From Hamiltosporidium tvaerminnensis FI-OER-3-3 (taxonomy: Eukaryota; Fungi; Microsporidia): DNA of 64,000 nucleotides. The DNA is taken from assembly GCA_022605425.2 (NCBI GenBank), contig JAKIMF020000011.1, positions 930,001 through 994,000 on the forward strand, given 5' to 3'. Position numbers and translations under genes: made by a program. The notes under the pieces were generated by a model. That model was not told the origin of the DNA. It did not search any database and was given only the letters and a program-made list of their open reading frames with translations. Shown here piece by piece: positions 34,948-47,399 of this stretch. Positions within the stretch are counted from its first letter, which is position 1; each line of letters starts with the position of its first letter.

Positions 34948-35709
34948 TTATTTTTTATAATTTTTTTTAAAATCTTCATATCCTTCAGATCTAATAGAAA
35001 ATGCTAAAATTTCCCTCAAAACTGTCATAGGATCAGAAAATATTTTAGCAGGAAGAGTAGCAAGCATTTTTAAATCGTCTATAGCTGTTCCTTGTCTGCC
35101 CAAAACAAAAGTAATAATAAATTCTTTTTCACTTTTTTCTTTAACAAATTGTAAAAAATTATTAAATTCTTTTAATCCATCTGAAAAAATGGGTATTTCG
35201 TATGCCTTTTTGGGTAAAAGCTTCTTATAACTGGCCGGTATAAAAAAAATGAAATCTGCTGGTATGAATGCTATAATATAAACACACATAGAATATCTTA
35301 TGTTCAATACAATAATTAAATTGCCATTAATTAAATATTTGTCTAGATTATTAAAAAAATGACTGAACAAGCCATTCCATTTCTCCTTATTTGATAAACT
35401 TGTTATTTCACCGGAAGTACCAAATTTTTTATTTAATTCAACAGTTTGTTTGTCAAATTCATTAATTTTATTTTGAGCAACTTCTGATTTGGCAAGAATT
35501 GGACTGTCATTGTACAATATTTTCTTTGGATATAGCTCATTCATTTCAGATTGATATTCACTGTCACTGGCCTGTGGTGTATGAGACATAGAATTAAATC
35601 CCAATGTTCCTTCTTCATTGGATTCTTCAATATAATCATTGGCATGCTTTTTGTTTCTTCGTTTGGAAAAATTCAAATTTATATAGAAAAGTAAAAGGAA
35701 TTTAATCAT
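34948..35709 (-). CDS. Hypothetical secreted protein (253 aa)
   Basis: Short hydrophobic N-terminus (MIKFLLLFYINLNFS) followed by a basic stretch; no recognised domain. Confidence 0.7.
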   Translation of the reverse strand: MIKFLLLFYINLNFSKRRNKKHANDYIEESNEEGTLGFNSMSHTPQASDSEYQSEMNELYPKKILYNDSPILAKSEVAQNKINEFDKQTVELNKKFGTSGEITSLSNKEKWNGLFSHFFNNLDKYLINGNLIIVLNIRYSMCVYIIAFIPADFIFFIPASYKKLLPKKAYEIPIFSDGLKEFNNFLQFVKEKSEKEFIITFVLGRQGTAIDDLKMLATLPAKIFSDPMTVLREILAFSIRSEGYEDFKKNYKK

Positions 35710-36129
35710 TTACATTTTTCTTAAAGCTTTCTATATTTCTAACAAAATTCCAAAACTTGTTTCACTTGTTAAAAAAAACAAAGAAATTTATTTTTTAACG
35801 GAAAACGAGTGAGTTCATAATAAAAAAATAAAACTTAAAGAATGGAAATTAAAAATATTTGCAAACGTAAGAAGTTAATTTACAGAAACAAACACTTAGA
35901 ATTTAATTAATTGAAAAAATTATTTAAATGAATTAAGTGTTTTTTCACAAAAAAATTTCATTAAAAAAATTATAAATCGATTTTCGATTAGAATATTAAA
36001 AAAAAATCTGAAAATAAAAAGTGTAAAGCAGTAAAATTTTACGAAATAAAATATTTTTAAAACTTAGAAAAATCAAATTTATAAAACTTTTCACTTTTAC
36101 TTTTAAATTATTACCACTGTTTTTCTTTG

Positions 36130-36663
36130 ATGTTTCAGTTAATATATGAAAATATTTTAAATCTAAAACTTTATCCCCAAATGAAAGCAGAAGACCAACA
36201 GAAATTTTTACAACTACTGTATAGATTCGGATACGATATGAAAACAATATCGGGATATCTACCAGAATATACAGTCGAAGAATTGACACATATTTATCAA
36301 AGACTAATACTCACGTTTGGAAAACAATGTGTAAACCAAGGTGGTGCCTGTGACATTCAACAGATCAAAGATGTATATTTTTATGAAGATGAAATTAGAT
36401 TTGATGTAGTTAAAGAAGAGAATGGTCGTTTGATTGAAAAGGGTAATATACAGCTCCCTGATTACAAAAGTAAAACATATATGATGTTAAAAGATTTTGA
36501 ATTCTCTTTGAGATGGAAAATAAACATGGTTAATTCTTTCTATAAAAATTTTGAAAAACATGGAAATATTAAACCGTATGATGAATCAGATGTTGAAAAG
36601 GAAGGAAAAGAAGCAGAACAAAATATTATTGAAAATGAAATATCTGTTAATAAAATTCAATAG
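36130..36663 (+). CDS. SANT/Myb-like domain protein (177 aa)
   Basis: EDQQKFLQLLYRFGYDMKTISGYLPEYTVEEL fits the SANT helix pattern; ATG at 36130. Confidence 0.6.
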   Translation: MFQLIYENILNLKLYPQMKAEDQQKFLQLLYRFGYDMKTISGYLPEYTVEELTHIYQRLILTFGKQCVNQGGACDIQQIKDVYFYEDEIRFDVVKEENGRLIEKGNIQLPDYKSKTYMMLKDFEFSLRWKINMVNSFYKNFEKHGNIKPYDESDVEKEGKEAEQNIIENEISVNKIQ

Positions 36664-37057
36664 GGTATTATATAATAAAAGCTTAGGAAATTTTAAAAAC
36701 TTTGGAATATTTTTTGAAGATTTTGTTTTACCTTTCAAATTCTACATTTTTTTTTATTGCGTTTAAATAAATTATGAATTGAACTATATTTGATAGTTTT
36801 CCTTTAATTTTGCCTTTGAAATAAAAATTGACAAAATAACGAATCAAATTTAATAAATATAAATTTTCGTCATTTAATTTAGCCAGATGGTTGTTAGTCT
36901 TACTTTTATTCTCTATGATTATAATTAGTCGATTAATTTTTTACTTTTCATGTAAGCATAAGAATTTTATAATTAAATGTCTGATTTATTAAATTAAATT
37001 ATTAAAAGACTTACTTTCAGAACCCATGCTTTAAAAAACTACTTAATTTTAAATTTT

Positions 37058-37230
37058 ATTGGCAAGCTGCTTGAATTGATGGTATTTGAATTTATTATTT
37101 TATAAAAAGATATTTTATGAAATAAGTAAATTTATAATGAGATATCTACGGATATATATGCATATGGAATGATTATAGCCAATATTACTTAAATCATATA
37201 ACTGGCTAGTAGTTTATTCAAATATTATTC
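37058..37230 (+). mobile_element. Decayed LINE RT relic
   Basis: attggcaagctgcttgaattgatggtattt resembles aattggaaagctgctggaattgatggtattt (NWKAAGIDGI). Extent uncertain. Confidence 0.55.
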
Positions 37231-39206
37231 TAAGAATGTTTCTTAAAATATAAAAATGGCAAAACGAATCTAAATGTTTTAAAATCAGTTGTATTATAGA
37301 GTAATTGTTCTTAAAATATAAAAGAATTTAGTTTCTTTATAAAATTCAATAGGCATGATTCGTGTATAAAAACAAACATTTGAATTTTACGAATCAAAGA
37401 AATAAATGTTTTTTATTTGTATTATTTTTTAAATTTTATTTAATTTAGAATATTTTGAGCCAATGTATTTAAAACTTTTTTAATATATATTTGTATTTTA
37501 AGTAGAAATATTCGCTAATAGTTTTGATCAATATTTAGGAAACACAGTAAAGTGCATGAGTCAATGTTTATTTCGAAAAGCAAATTAAATAAATATAAAA
37601 ATTCCTTTCCAAGTAGATTTTAAATACTCATTTTTATAAATAAACAAATTTTTTAATCATCAAACAACGAGATTGTATATCACTAGAATTATTTTTAATA
37701 AAATAAATAGTATTAAAACTATTATTGTTTTATAAATTGTAGGAATAAACTTATGGTACCCGGATTTTGTGCGAATAATTCGTCTCCGGATGCTTATTTA
37801 GCTAAATTGAAAATTAAATTTTCATTTTTACATTCAATTCATTTGAGGATCATTAAAACACATTTCATCATATTTATATTGCATAAAAGATTTACTAGGA
37901 AGAAAAGCAAGGCAGAAAACAACCATTCGTTAAACAATGATTGTTTTAAAGTTTTCTGAAAATAATTAATCCAGATTTTCGTTGAACAGAAAAATGAACA
38001 CATTTTGAACTATTCCGTGCTATCTGTTAAAACAAAAGAATGTTAAAAAAGAAAAACATCTATAAATTCGAATTCTTGCTTTTTTTCATATCTAGATTGA
38101 GATCTTGATTGAACTTAAATGTGATTTTCATGCAAGAGTGTATAGGCCTACGTTTGGTTAGTTTTAGAAGACACTGCACCCGCATTCAGAAAAATGAAAC
38201 ATTTAAGAAAATAGAGAGGCTAACTAACAGGTTATGTCTTGGTATTACAATGAAAGGTCTAGGTAAAGCCCAAGTGGCTTCAAAGAAAATATCCTAGATA
38301 GAATTTTATTCGGTAGAAAGTTATAGAAAGTTGGACGCTGTCGTGATCCGAGTGTTTGATATGAATCTCGATTTGCGAATACTTACCGGGCCACTGAAAT
38401 TAAAACACATAGAGCAGAGATCCGGCTATTAATTGAATTGTACACATTTTTAAGATAAAGAATTTGTAATATGAGTATAATTTAAAATTGATGGCGTTTT
38501 TAGTGTTAAGATGTCCTTTTGAAACACAAAACAGAGGCTTTAAAACATTATAAAATATGCTAATGTATTGAAAAATATAAAATTTATTGAATAAGATCAA
38601 AGAAATAGCAAGTTTAGTAAAATAAAAGATATGTTGAAAACAGTTAAACTATTATAAATTTAAAAAAAAATAACATAATCTAAGAATAATGCTATTTAAT
38701 GTTGAAAAACATTAAATAATTAAGATAAAAGCTATTAATATTATTTTATTTTTCTAGAAAAATAATAATTAAATTAAACGCAATCGAAAGAACGTTTTTT
38801 TTTAAAAATAAATTTGACAGTAAAATTAGACGGTCTGTTATTCTAAGAAAAAAAAAGAACTAATCAAATTTTAAAAAAATATAACCAATTCAAATCTAAG
38901 ATCTATAAACGTTTGTTCTAAAGACGCTACTATATTCATATGAAGTACATCAAGAAATCTAAAAAATAATATTCTTTCCAAAGAAATAATATACCCAAAA
39001 AAAATATTTAAAGAATTTTTTAGCCTCTTTTTTTGAGTCTTCAACTGAGCGTTTGTTCGTTACAAACTACCTTTTTGGGTAAATTGTTCGAAATAAAAGT
39101 ATTTATATGTGAAAAAATCATAGAAATTATGAAGAAACTCTCAGCTACTTATTTGATTGAAAAAAAATGTATGGAAAGATAACCAAAAAAAGAGACGTCT
39201 AATAAC

Positions 39207-41962
39207 ATGGTAGGAAAAATATTGCAAATTTCTATTCTTTTAATAAATATGGGCATTCTTCAACTCAATAACTCAATGTATTTAAGAAGCGTTGGTGTGA
39301 TGGCTGCAGCCTCATATGAAACAAGTGACAATGAACCTACTCGATCATCTACGGGAGAAGCAATGATGGATGTTGATGACATGAATATTCAGATCATCAA
39401 TGTAATTTTCAAAAGAGATGATTCCGAAAGAAATATTGAGCAAAAAACTGTAATGGATAAAAATCCTATGTTTTATTTTCAAAGTGAACAAAGACCATTA
39501 GGTGGTTTATGTAATGGAAGTCATGAAAAAATTCATCAGGTAGCTGATTCAGTTGAAAATCCAGTAACTGATTTTCAATCAAAATTCAAATGTTCCCAAG
39601 GAAATCCAATGAAGTATCATACACTTGTTGAAAGCTATCAATTCATTATAACAAAAACAAAATCAGATTTGAAATGTTAGATAATCTTGAAATACATCTT
39701 CAGGGAAATACCCAGGCTCAGTTAATTTTACTGGACATTTTTTTTATAAGAGTTTTATGTGTTTCGAAAAACTTCTTGGTTTAAAGAAAGACGATTCATT
39801 ATTTGATGTGTCTTTGGATTCTTTTACCGAAATAATGAAGCTGCTAGAATATCTTATTACCAAACCAAGTAAAAATCTCGATGCATTTTTAATAGATTTA
39901 TATAGAAAGAGCATTTTTTTTATCGAAATCTCGAGGTTTGTTTTAAACGAGAGGATTCGTTTTTGTCAGCTTTAATTTCCAATGAAGAACCAATGGAATG
40001 TGATCAGGCAGAGGGTAAGAATATTCTCTTGGAAAAGAATGACGGTTCTAAAGAAATACCACAAGATTTAAGTTATTCCGAATTTGCAGAAATCGTTGAA
40101 GAAACTTTAATATCCAAAGGATACTATGAATGGCCATTAGCTGCATATCTTTCAATTTTTAACCTTTCATTACAATATTGCAATGATGTACTTATAATTC
40201 AAAAACAAGCCAATCAGATATTCAGTTTCGATTTAGCAGACAAAACAATAGGTAAAAATTTTTATGTCAGAATTATCAAAGGTTCATTCTTTTCCTTAGA
40301 CCAAGCATGTACATTCCAAGAAAACATAGATATTTTATCGTTTTTCTTCAAAAATAAAAATATTTTGGGATTAGAACTTATAGATTTTGAACATGAACCC
40401 ATGGCAGATGAAAAGTATATGCGACATGACGCCGAAATAATAAGAAAACCTGAAAATGAATTACAAGAAGAAATAAATACTCGTGGTGCCTTGTTAAAAT
40501 TAATGAATATACCAGCTTTTCGAGAAATTAAAACTCTTAAGATAAAAAATGTTGATTTACATGGAATCGATGTAAATATTCTATTTGAGTTGAAAAATCT
40601 TATAAATCTGGAAGTAACATCGGAATCTGAGGAAATAAAAAGGGGTATCGGAAAAATAATCCGAGAAAATAACAATCTCAAAAGTATTTTGCTCGAATCG
40701 GTTTTACTTAGCAAAATACTTTTTGATTCACTGAAAAAGGTTTCGCCCGAAGTATTCGTGCTAAAAAATTGCAAACCATATGAAAGAAATAGAAATACGA
40801 ATTCAGAAACGATTTCCTTTCTATCGCTTTTTGAAGACAGTAAAAGTAAGTTTGGCCCTAAACTTTTGCAATTAGAAATTGTAGGCGGTAAAAATTTAAA
40901 CCCGAATTTTTTCGCGCATTTAAAAAATTTAAAGATTCTAAAGTTGATTTCTTGTTTGAACGAGAATATATCAGAAGAAAGATTTAAAAACATCTCAGAA
41001 ATAAAGAATTTAGAAGAATTGACTATTTCAGGTAATACGTTTTATCAAAATTTTACTCTAAAAATATTTAGTGATATCACTTCTCTTTCTAAATTAGAGC
41101 TCGTAGATTGTGAAATTGATTTTTCATCGTATGAAAATACAAATTTATGTGCAAAAAATGGAACTGTGACTTGAAAGAACTTTCTATATCGACAAATCAT
41201 TCTGTTGGTGTTTTCAAATTTATAAACTGTTTTCCTACATTAGAAGTTTTAAATTTAAGTGAATATGATGTTAACGCCAATATCTATACTACCAACCAAC
41301 TCAGTGTAGAGTTACCACCAAATTTAAAAGTTTTGAAACTTGAAAAATTAGGAAAAGCTTTCTTTAGAAAATTCCATATAACACCTCTGAAAAAGATAGA
41401 ATCTTTATCATTGAGAGATTCAAATTTAATTACCTGTTGTGATTTTCTTAGAACCATCGATGAAACTTCTCCATTAATCAAGCTCGATTTAAGTTCGTGT
41501 ACGCTTAATATCATAGACACCAGGAAACTGAGAATTTACAAAACTGTGAAGCATCTATTTATTTACGATACGCAGTTTCAAAATATGAATATAAATGAGT
41601 TCTTGGGGGAATTAAATGGATTTGCGCTAGAAGAAATATACATTAGCAATGTAGATCTTATTATCAAAGGAGTTAAACTTATAAGCCAACTTAACAAGTT
41701 TCCTTCACTGAAGAAAATTTTTTTATATTCCGTTTCAATCCCAGAGAAATCTTTTGATTCAACGGAATTATCTGGATTTCCTAATTAAAAGCTCTTTTCT
41801 ATTGGATATGACGAAAAAAATGTGTGTAAAAAGGAAATTGAAATATTAGAATCCTTTTTCAATTCCGAAATTCTTAAAACATTTAAAATTGATTCTCCAT
41901 TAATTTTAACTAATGAAAAAAAACAGGCCCCTCTCGCCTCTGCTCCTGAGAGGGTAGAATAA
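39207..41962 (+). pseudogene. Signal-peptide + LRR-like protein gene, disrupted (about 900 codons)
   Basis: Four consecutive ORFs with LxxLxL repeats. Frameshifts near 39660, 39740, 39960 and 41155; in-frame TAA at 41786-41788, with the frame open to TAA at 41960-41962. Confidence 0.8.
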
Positions 41963-42306
41963 AATCCTGAGAAGTTATTTATTCAATAAATTAAAAGTTT
42001 TTATTATTTTTTTATATTCTTAAATTTTTTCCCCTTTCGATTAAATTTCTATTGACAATAAAGAAAACCGCACTTCGCTGGCACGAAATTTGCCCTTTTT
42101 ATATACGTTAAACTAAAATATTTTTCTTAGAAGGTACTTCATATGTTGTGAAGCATTAGACTTTTAAAAATACATTGTAAATCAAAACTTTCAAAGTTTG
42201 TGTTCTTATAAAAACTCATTATTATTCTTCATAAAAATTTGTGTTTTTTTTTCTTTGATTTTAAATTTGTGCTGAAAATCATTTATTATAATCATATTTA
42301 GGTATT

Positions 42307-42592
42307 TTTATTTAATTTAAATCCGAGTTACAAGTTGCAGACTTTTAAATATTTTCCCACTATTTTAAGACTTTATTCTCTTCCTCAACTCCGGTTCTTC
42401 ATTTGCGTTAATTTTCGGTTCCTTCACGGCGGTTACGCCATCTAAATCAAGGGCATAATACTTTTTCCTATTTTCTATTTTAACAGCAATTTCCTTGTTG
42501 CCTACTTGCTTTAAATTCTGTTTTGGTTGCTTTATGCATAACAACTCCCAAAATAACACTTACAGATGCTCTCTCCCGGCTCTCTTCGAGAA
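42307..42592 (-). mobile_element. LINE 3' relic of an older related subfamily
   Basis: Minus-strand gaagagagccgggagagagcatctgtaagtgttatt resembles LINE gaagagagctgggagagagcgtcaatgggtgttatt; ends ...attaaataaa. Confidence 0.7.
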
Positions 42593-43146
42593 AAAAGAAT
42601 AAAGATGAATCTTAAGTATTTTCATTTATAGATACAATTCTTTAAATTAAACATATGTTTTATTTAAAAACCAATCCTTGAAAAACACAATGTACCAAAC
42701 ATATTTTGAATATAATTTTTTAGAAAAAGTGTCACAAATAATTAATTTGAATGCATTTGAAAAATGGTTCTCTAATGTACAAAATGACTAATAATTAAAG
42801 TATTTTCAGAATAAAATAAATGCACATAAATTCAACAAAAATTTAAATATATTTTAAAAAATTAGGAATTTATTGCAAATCAGATAGACTTTTGAAATCT
42901 AAAATTTAACATTACAATTTAAATCAAATTAAAAATTTGTTGAATGATTTATAAGGCTGACAACAATCTTTTTTATAGCAAATCAAAGTATATAGTAAAG
43001 AATAACTAGCCCTAAGCATTAGATTATATTATCATAGATTTTTCTTTAGCGAGATAATGAAAATTAAATATAATTTACAATTATAAAAAAATTTAACCAA
43101 TATTTATTCCTAAATATAATTATTTTCTTATTTATTGATATAAATT

Positions 43147-43871
43147 CTTTATTTAAAAGTATCACATCTTTTTTAAAACAGTGGCAAGTGTTATATTTGT
43201 TTTTATGACGTTAACGCAGTTCTGGGTTTAGCATAAATAACTACTAACCCACCCCTCCATCAGTACTCCAAGCGATACCTATGTCCCAAAGCCCTTTATT
43301 ACCAAGTGTGTTGAACCTAATTAATAGGCGAGAAGGTTGCCCAGAGTTCGTCAATGTCTGTTGCATGGAGTGTGATCGAAGGCCGAAGCCCACCGGGCTC
43401 CTCCAAGACTTTGCAGCATTCCCACTCACTCTACACTTTCTGAACACAATAATCTTCTAGCTAAGCTATATTTTGGAGATTTAGATGAGGTCCACCTAGA
43501 CAGTGCAATGTCATACCAACAGGTATAACCTGCTACTTAGCTCACAGCTTTTAATGGTTTTTTGTTTTATATCTACCAGGCGCTAAGTCTTCTAACCCGA
43601 GTGAGTAAGGCTAGGTTTCCATGCTTTTACATGGCAATTACCTACATGTTCAGCTGCGTTCTGCAATCTGGTTACATAAAAAACACAAATAAATTCGTAG
43701 AAAAAGTTTCTCCATTTATTAGACCTCTCCTCTACATAACAACTCCCATGGAACAACCGAAGATGTTATGTGGTTTTATTCCCACCAAAAATCCAAACAA
43801 TGATCTCACACCAGTTTCACGCACTCATTGCCAAGCAGAAAGTTTTTTATGCGGTTATCCTCCCTCCACGT
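43147..43871 (-). mobile_element. About 730-bp SINE-like element, copy E
   Basis: High identity to copy C end to end; no clean TSD. Confidence 0.92.
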
Positions 43872-44329
43872 ATCAAATTTAAAAATATCTTAATTAATCT
43901 TAATATGTGTTTGTATGAATCTTAGAAAGAAGTAAAATTTTCAAATCAAAAAAATAAAATATTATCTCAAATAACGAATGAATCGCATTAAAAGAAATGA
44001 TTTTTATACAATGAATTATCAAATTGAGACTTTTATAGAATTTATTGACCCGAAAGCATCAAAGAAATAATTCTATTTTTTTTCTATTTTTAACAAACAT
44101 CTATATATTTAAGAATTTGTAATAAGTCAATAAATCATTATTAAAAGTCTGTTTCTTTCTGTTTTTAAAAAATTTTTTGTTTTCAGCCAATAATCTAAAC
44201 GTAAAAATAATTTCCCATGCGCTAAACAAATCTTTCAAAATGAATATTAAATTATCTTCTCAATTTAATTTTTAAGTATAATTACAGACTTACAAGTTTA
44301 TTTTCCAAAAGTTTTTTTTATTTTATAAA

Positions 44330-44622
44330 AAATTCCATGGTTTATAATTTTACATTTAAAACCGTAGAACTGCTTACCATGTGTAAATAAAGATCCCTTA
44401 ACGCAGATAAGCTAATATTCTCTTATAAACAAATGTGTAAATAGAAGAACGGTGTGAAACATCTAAAAGCACAAAAAAAAACATTCCGTTATTCTAGATA
44501 GAGAATTTTAGAAAAAACATACAAAGAGTACAATTTAGAAGAAGAAATTCAAGTGTTATAGAACTGAGAGGAAATATATAAAAGTATTAAAAAAACATTT
44601 TAACCAGAAATTCGATTAAAAA
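44330..44622 (+). mobile_element. Highly decayed LINE 3' relic
   Basis: aagagtacaatttagaagaagaaa...aaaaaaacattttaaccagaaattcgattaaa resembles the LINE terminus. Left end uncertain. Confidence 0.5.
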
Positions 44623-45402
44623 GCTTAGTATAAGTAATTTACCATTTCTGATTACTGAAATTTATTTTTAGATGCGACTATTATGATATTGGTTCAAAAT
44701 AATACATTTATTTTAATATATTTTAATTCCTTGCTATAAACTATTCAAGTAATTTCTCAAATCTAGATGTAAATATATTTTAAACTTGGGTTAAGTCCTT
44801 GATAATGATTATAATCTTGAAAATAGAACAAGAGACGGCTAGTTAGATAAAGTATTCTGTTTGAAACAAATCTTTTCTTGTAATTTATTTAAAGTCAAAA
44901 ATTAAATTAAATTTGATCTTAAATTGCATTGATTGTACGGTGTATTTAAAATACCGTTATTTGCGTAAATGAATAATGCACATTTAAAATTCTGGATATT
45001 TATTTTCTTGGTACTTTCATGGCAGTTTATTTTACCTGCATTTATACTTCACGTAAGAAAAACATTAAAAAGTACAAAAAAATCCTCGAGAAAAAAATTT
45101 CAAAATTAGAAAATTAAAATTTAGGATTGTGCTGACATAGCTGAACTATGCTATTTCACATGTTTGTGCAATAAAACAATGAATTTTACGTTATTTATAA
45201 AGTGTTAAAAGTGATTAATTTTTTAATTGGTTTGCATTGTATGAGAATTTTGTATAGTTCAAATATATTTTTATATTTCTTTTTCTTTAAGTAAATAGTA
45301 AAATAAAAATTTTAAAAATAAGAAACTAATATTATAATTGCAATCGTATCGATTTTACCTGATTGTATATAATAGTAAAACAAAATTTAATCGCAGTATT
45401 AA

Positions 45403-46115
45403 TTTTTTTTATGACCATCACATCTTTTTAATACTGGCATACTTTATATGATATTCATGATTTAAAATATTTCTAGGGTAACCTAGATAAACTTAACTTT
45501 AATGTTCTGTTGGCATTTTCTATAATACCTGCATCCTAAAGCCTTTCATCTAAATTAGGTGTGAAATGAATTAAATAAACGAGGTATTGGGCTCGAATTT
45601 CTTTATTTAGGTTTATTTATGTGTTATAGCAGGTCGAACCCCGCGTTAGGCCCCATAAGACCAGCTGCATTTACACACACTCTAGACTTATCATACCAAA
45701 AAGAGTTCCGGCTAATATATATTTCAGCCTTTTTATTTGTTAAATTAGACGCTGTGAGGTTATTGTAACACATATAACTTGCTATTTAATATAGTGGAAT
45801 ATTTAATAAGTTTATTTTTGTATTCCCCGGTGTCAAGTCTTTTGACTTAGTAAATAAGACTAGTTTTAGTTGTATTTACATGGAAATCACCTAAATGTTA
45901 TTATAGTCGCACAATCTATTTACATAGAAAACTACAAACTTCTTTCTCAAAAATCTTTAAAATTTTGTAAACCTTTTTTTGCATATACAAATGCCAACGT
46001 AATAACCAAAAATACACAATAGTTTTTTTCCCAAAAAAAATTAGAACTATAATTTACTCATTGGCTTCGTCTATCCAAGAAAGCAGAAAATTTTTATTGT
46101 GTATATTCCTTTAAA
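45403..46115 (-). mobile_element. About 730-bp SINE-like element, copy F (most decayed)
   Basis: atcacatcttttta, aaagcctttcatcta, tataacttgcta, aaaactacaaa and aagcagaaa are colinear with copy C. Ends approximate. Confidence 0.75.
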
Positions 46116-46454
46116 TTTTATTTTCTAAAGCTAAGGATTTAACTTTAAGATAAATTACAAATTATTACAAAATTTGGTAAATTTCATATTGCTTTCATAA
46201 GTTTTTATATTTTCTAAGAATTAGAGATCTAAAATAAACGACATTTTATTTCTACAATATATAAGTCGAAATAAATGTTTTTTGAACAATTTCACCTTTA
46301 GTAAATTCTGATTTGAGCATAATAAATCATCTGCTATACAATTTCGTATATTCGACTGAAAAATGTCCAATTATTTATAAATTTAAACTCAAAATAATAT
46401 AGATATAATTTTTCAAAATGTTATTGTTACAAAATACAAATTTTTAAAAACGAA

Positions 46455-46980
46455 AAAACGTATGAAGTATTACCTGTTTGCCAATGAGCCAAATCTTATG
46501 AATAAGCATAGTGTTGAGAAATCCCATATGTGATGTCCCGGAATATTATTTTGTCAAAATACCGTAAAAAATACCTCAAAAGATTGCAAATGGCCATAAA
46601 CATAGATGCATGTATTAAATCCATAGTACCTAGAAGAAATCTGAAGCAATTTCCTTGGATCAATAAAAAAGACTCGTGTTAGATAAAATGCAAAAAAGAG
46701 CTAGGAAAGAGTGTAAATACGTGTTATTAAGAGAGCTGAGATGCATGATGAACCAATACCTCTTTAAAACAAGTGAGAAACGAGTAAATTATAGTAAAAT
46801 ATTTTAAAACAATAAATGAAACACTTCTTAATTTTAGATGAAGGAACCACATTTCGAGAATCGACGATAAACAATAATAAAGAGTCGGTTTTATAAGAAG
46901 AACAGATAGTAGTCTTAGAGGTAGAAATTAAAGCATAAAAGTCCGTAATAAAGCTTCTAATTTGTAATTTTATTTAAAAA
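46455..46980 (+). mobile_element. Decayed LINE 3' relic
   Basis: gaagtattacctgtttgccaatgag, tagtgttgaga, gagatgcatgatgaaccaatacc, aaggaaccac and aagagtcgg are colinear with 11090-11600. Confidence 0.8.
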
Positions 46981-47399
46981 TATAAAAATACTATAAAGTT
47001 ATTTGAGAAAGATATAGGTTTGGTAAGAATACCAAAATATCCATATTTGAAAATCTCAAAAATTCAGTTCAATTTTGATTGGAGAAAAAAATAATAGAAA
47101 AAGCTTAAAATAATCATTGATTGTAAAAATTTAAAACAATACTGTTTAATAAGAAATGTCGTTAAAATATCCATATTTAAAAAATCAACGAATTATAACA
47201 CTTTAATCAAATAAAACGTTAAATTTGCCGAAAATTATTAATGATTTTAAATATTTTAATGAATAATTAACTCAAAAATACAAAAAAAAATTCAACTAAG
47301 TATATTAAGCGAGCGATAGAAAAAATTAAAATTTTACTTAAAGAATATAAAAAAAAGCGACACAACAAGTAACTTAATTTAAGAAAATTTTATTTTCCA

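Noticed and set aside
18374-36663. Functional chromatin cluster (HIRA, CenH3, SANT protein)
   Set aside because: The genes are kilobases apart, interleaved with unrelated genes, and show no shared regulatory signal; likely chance.
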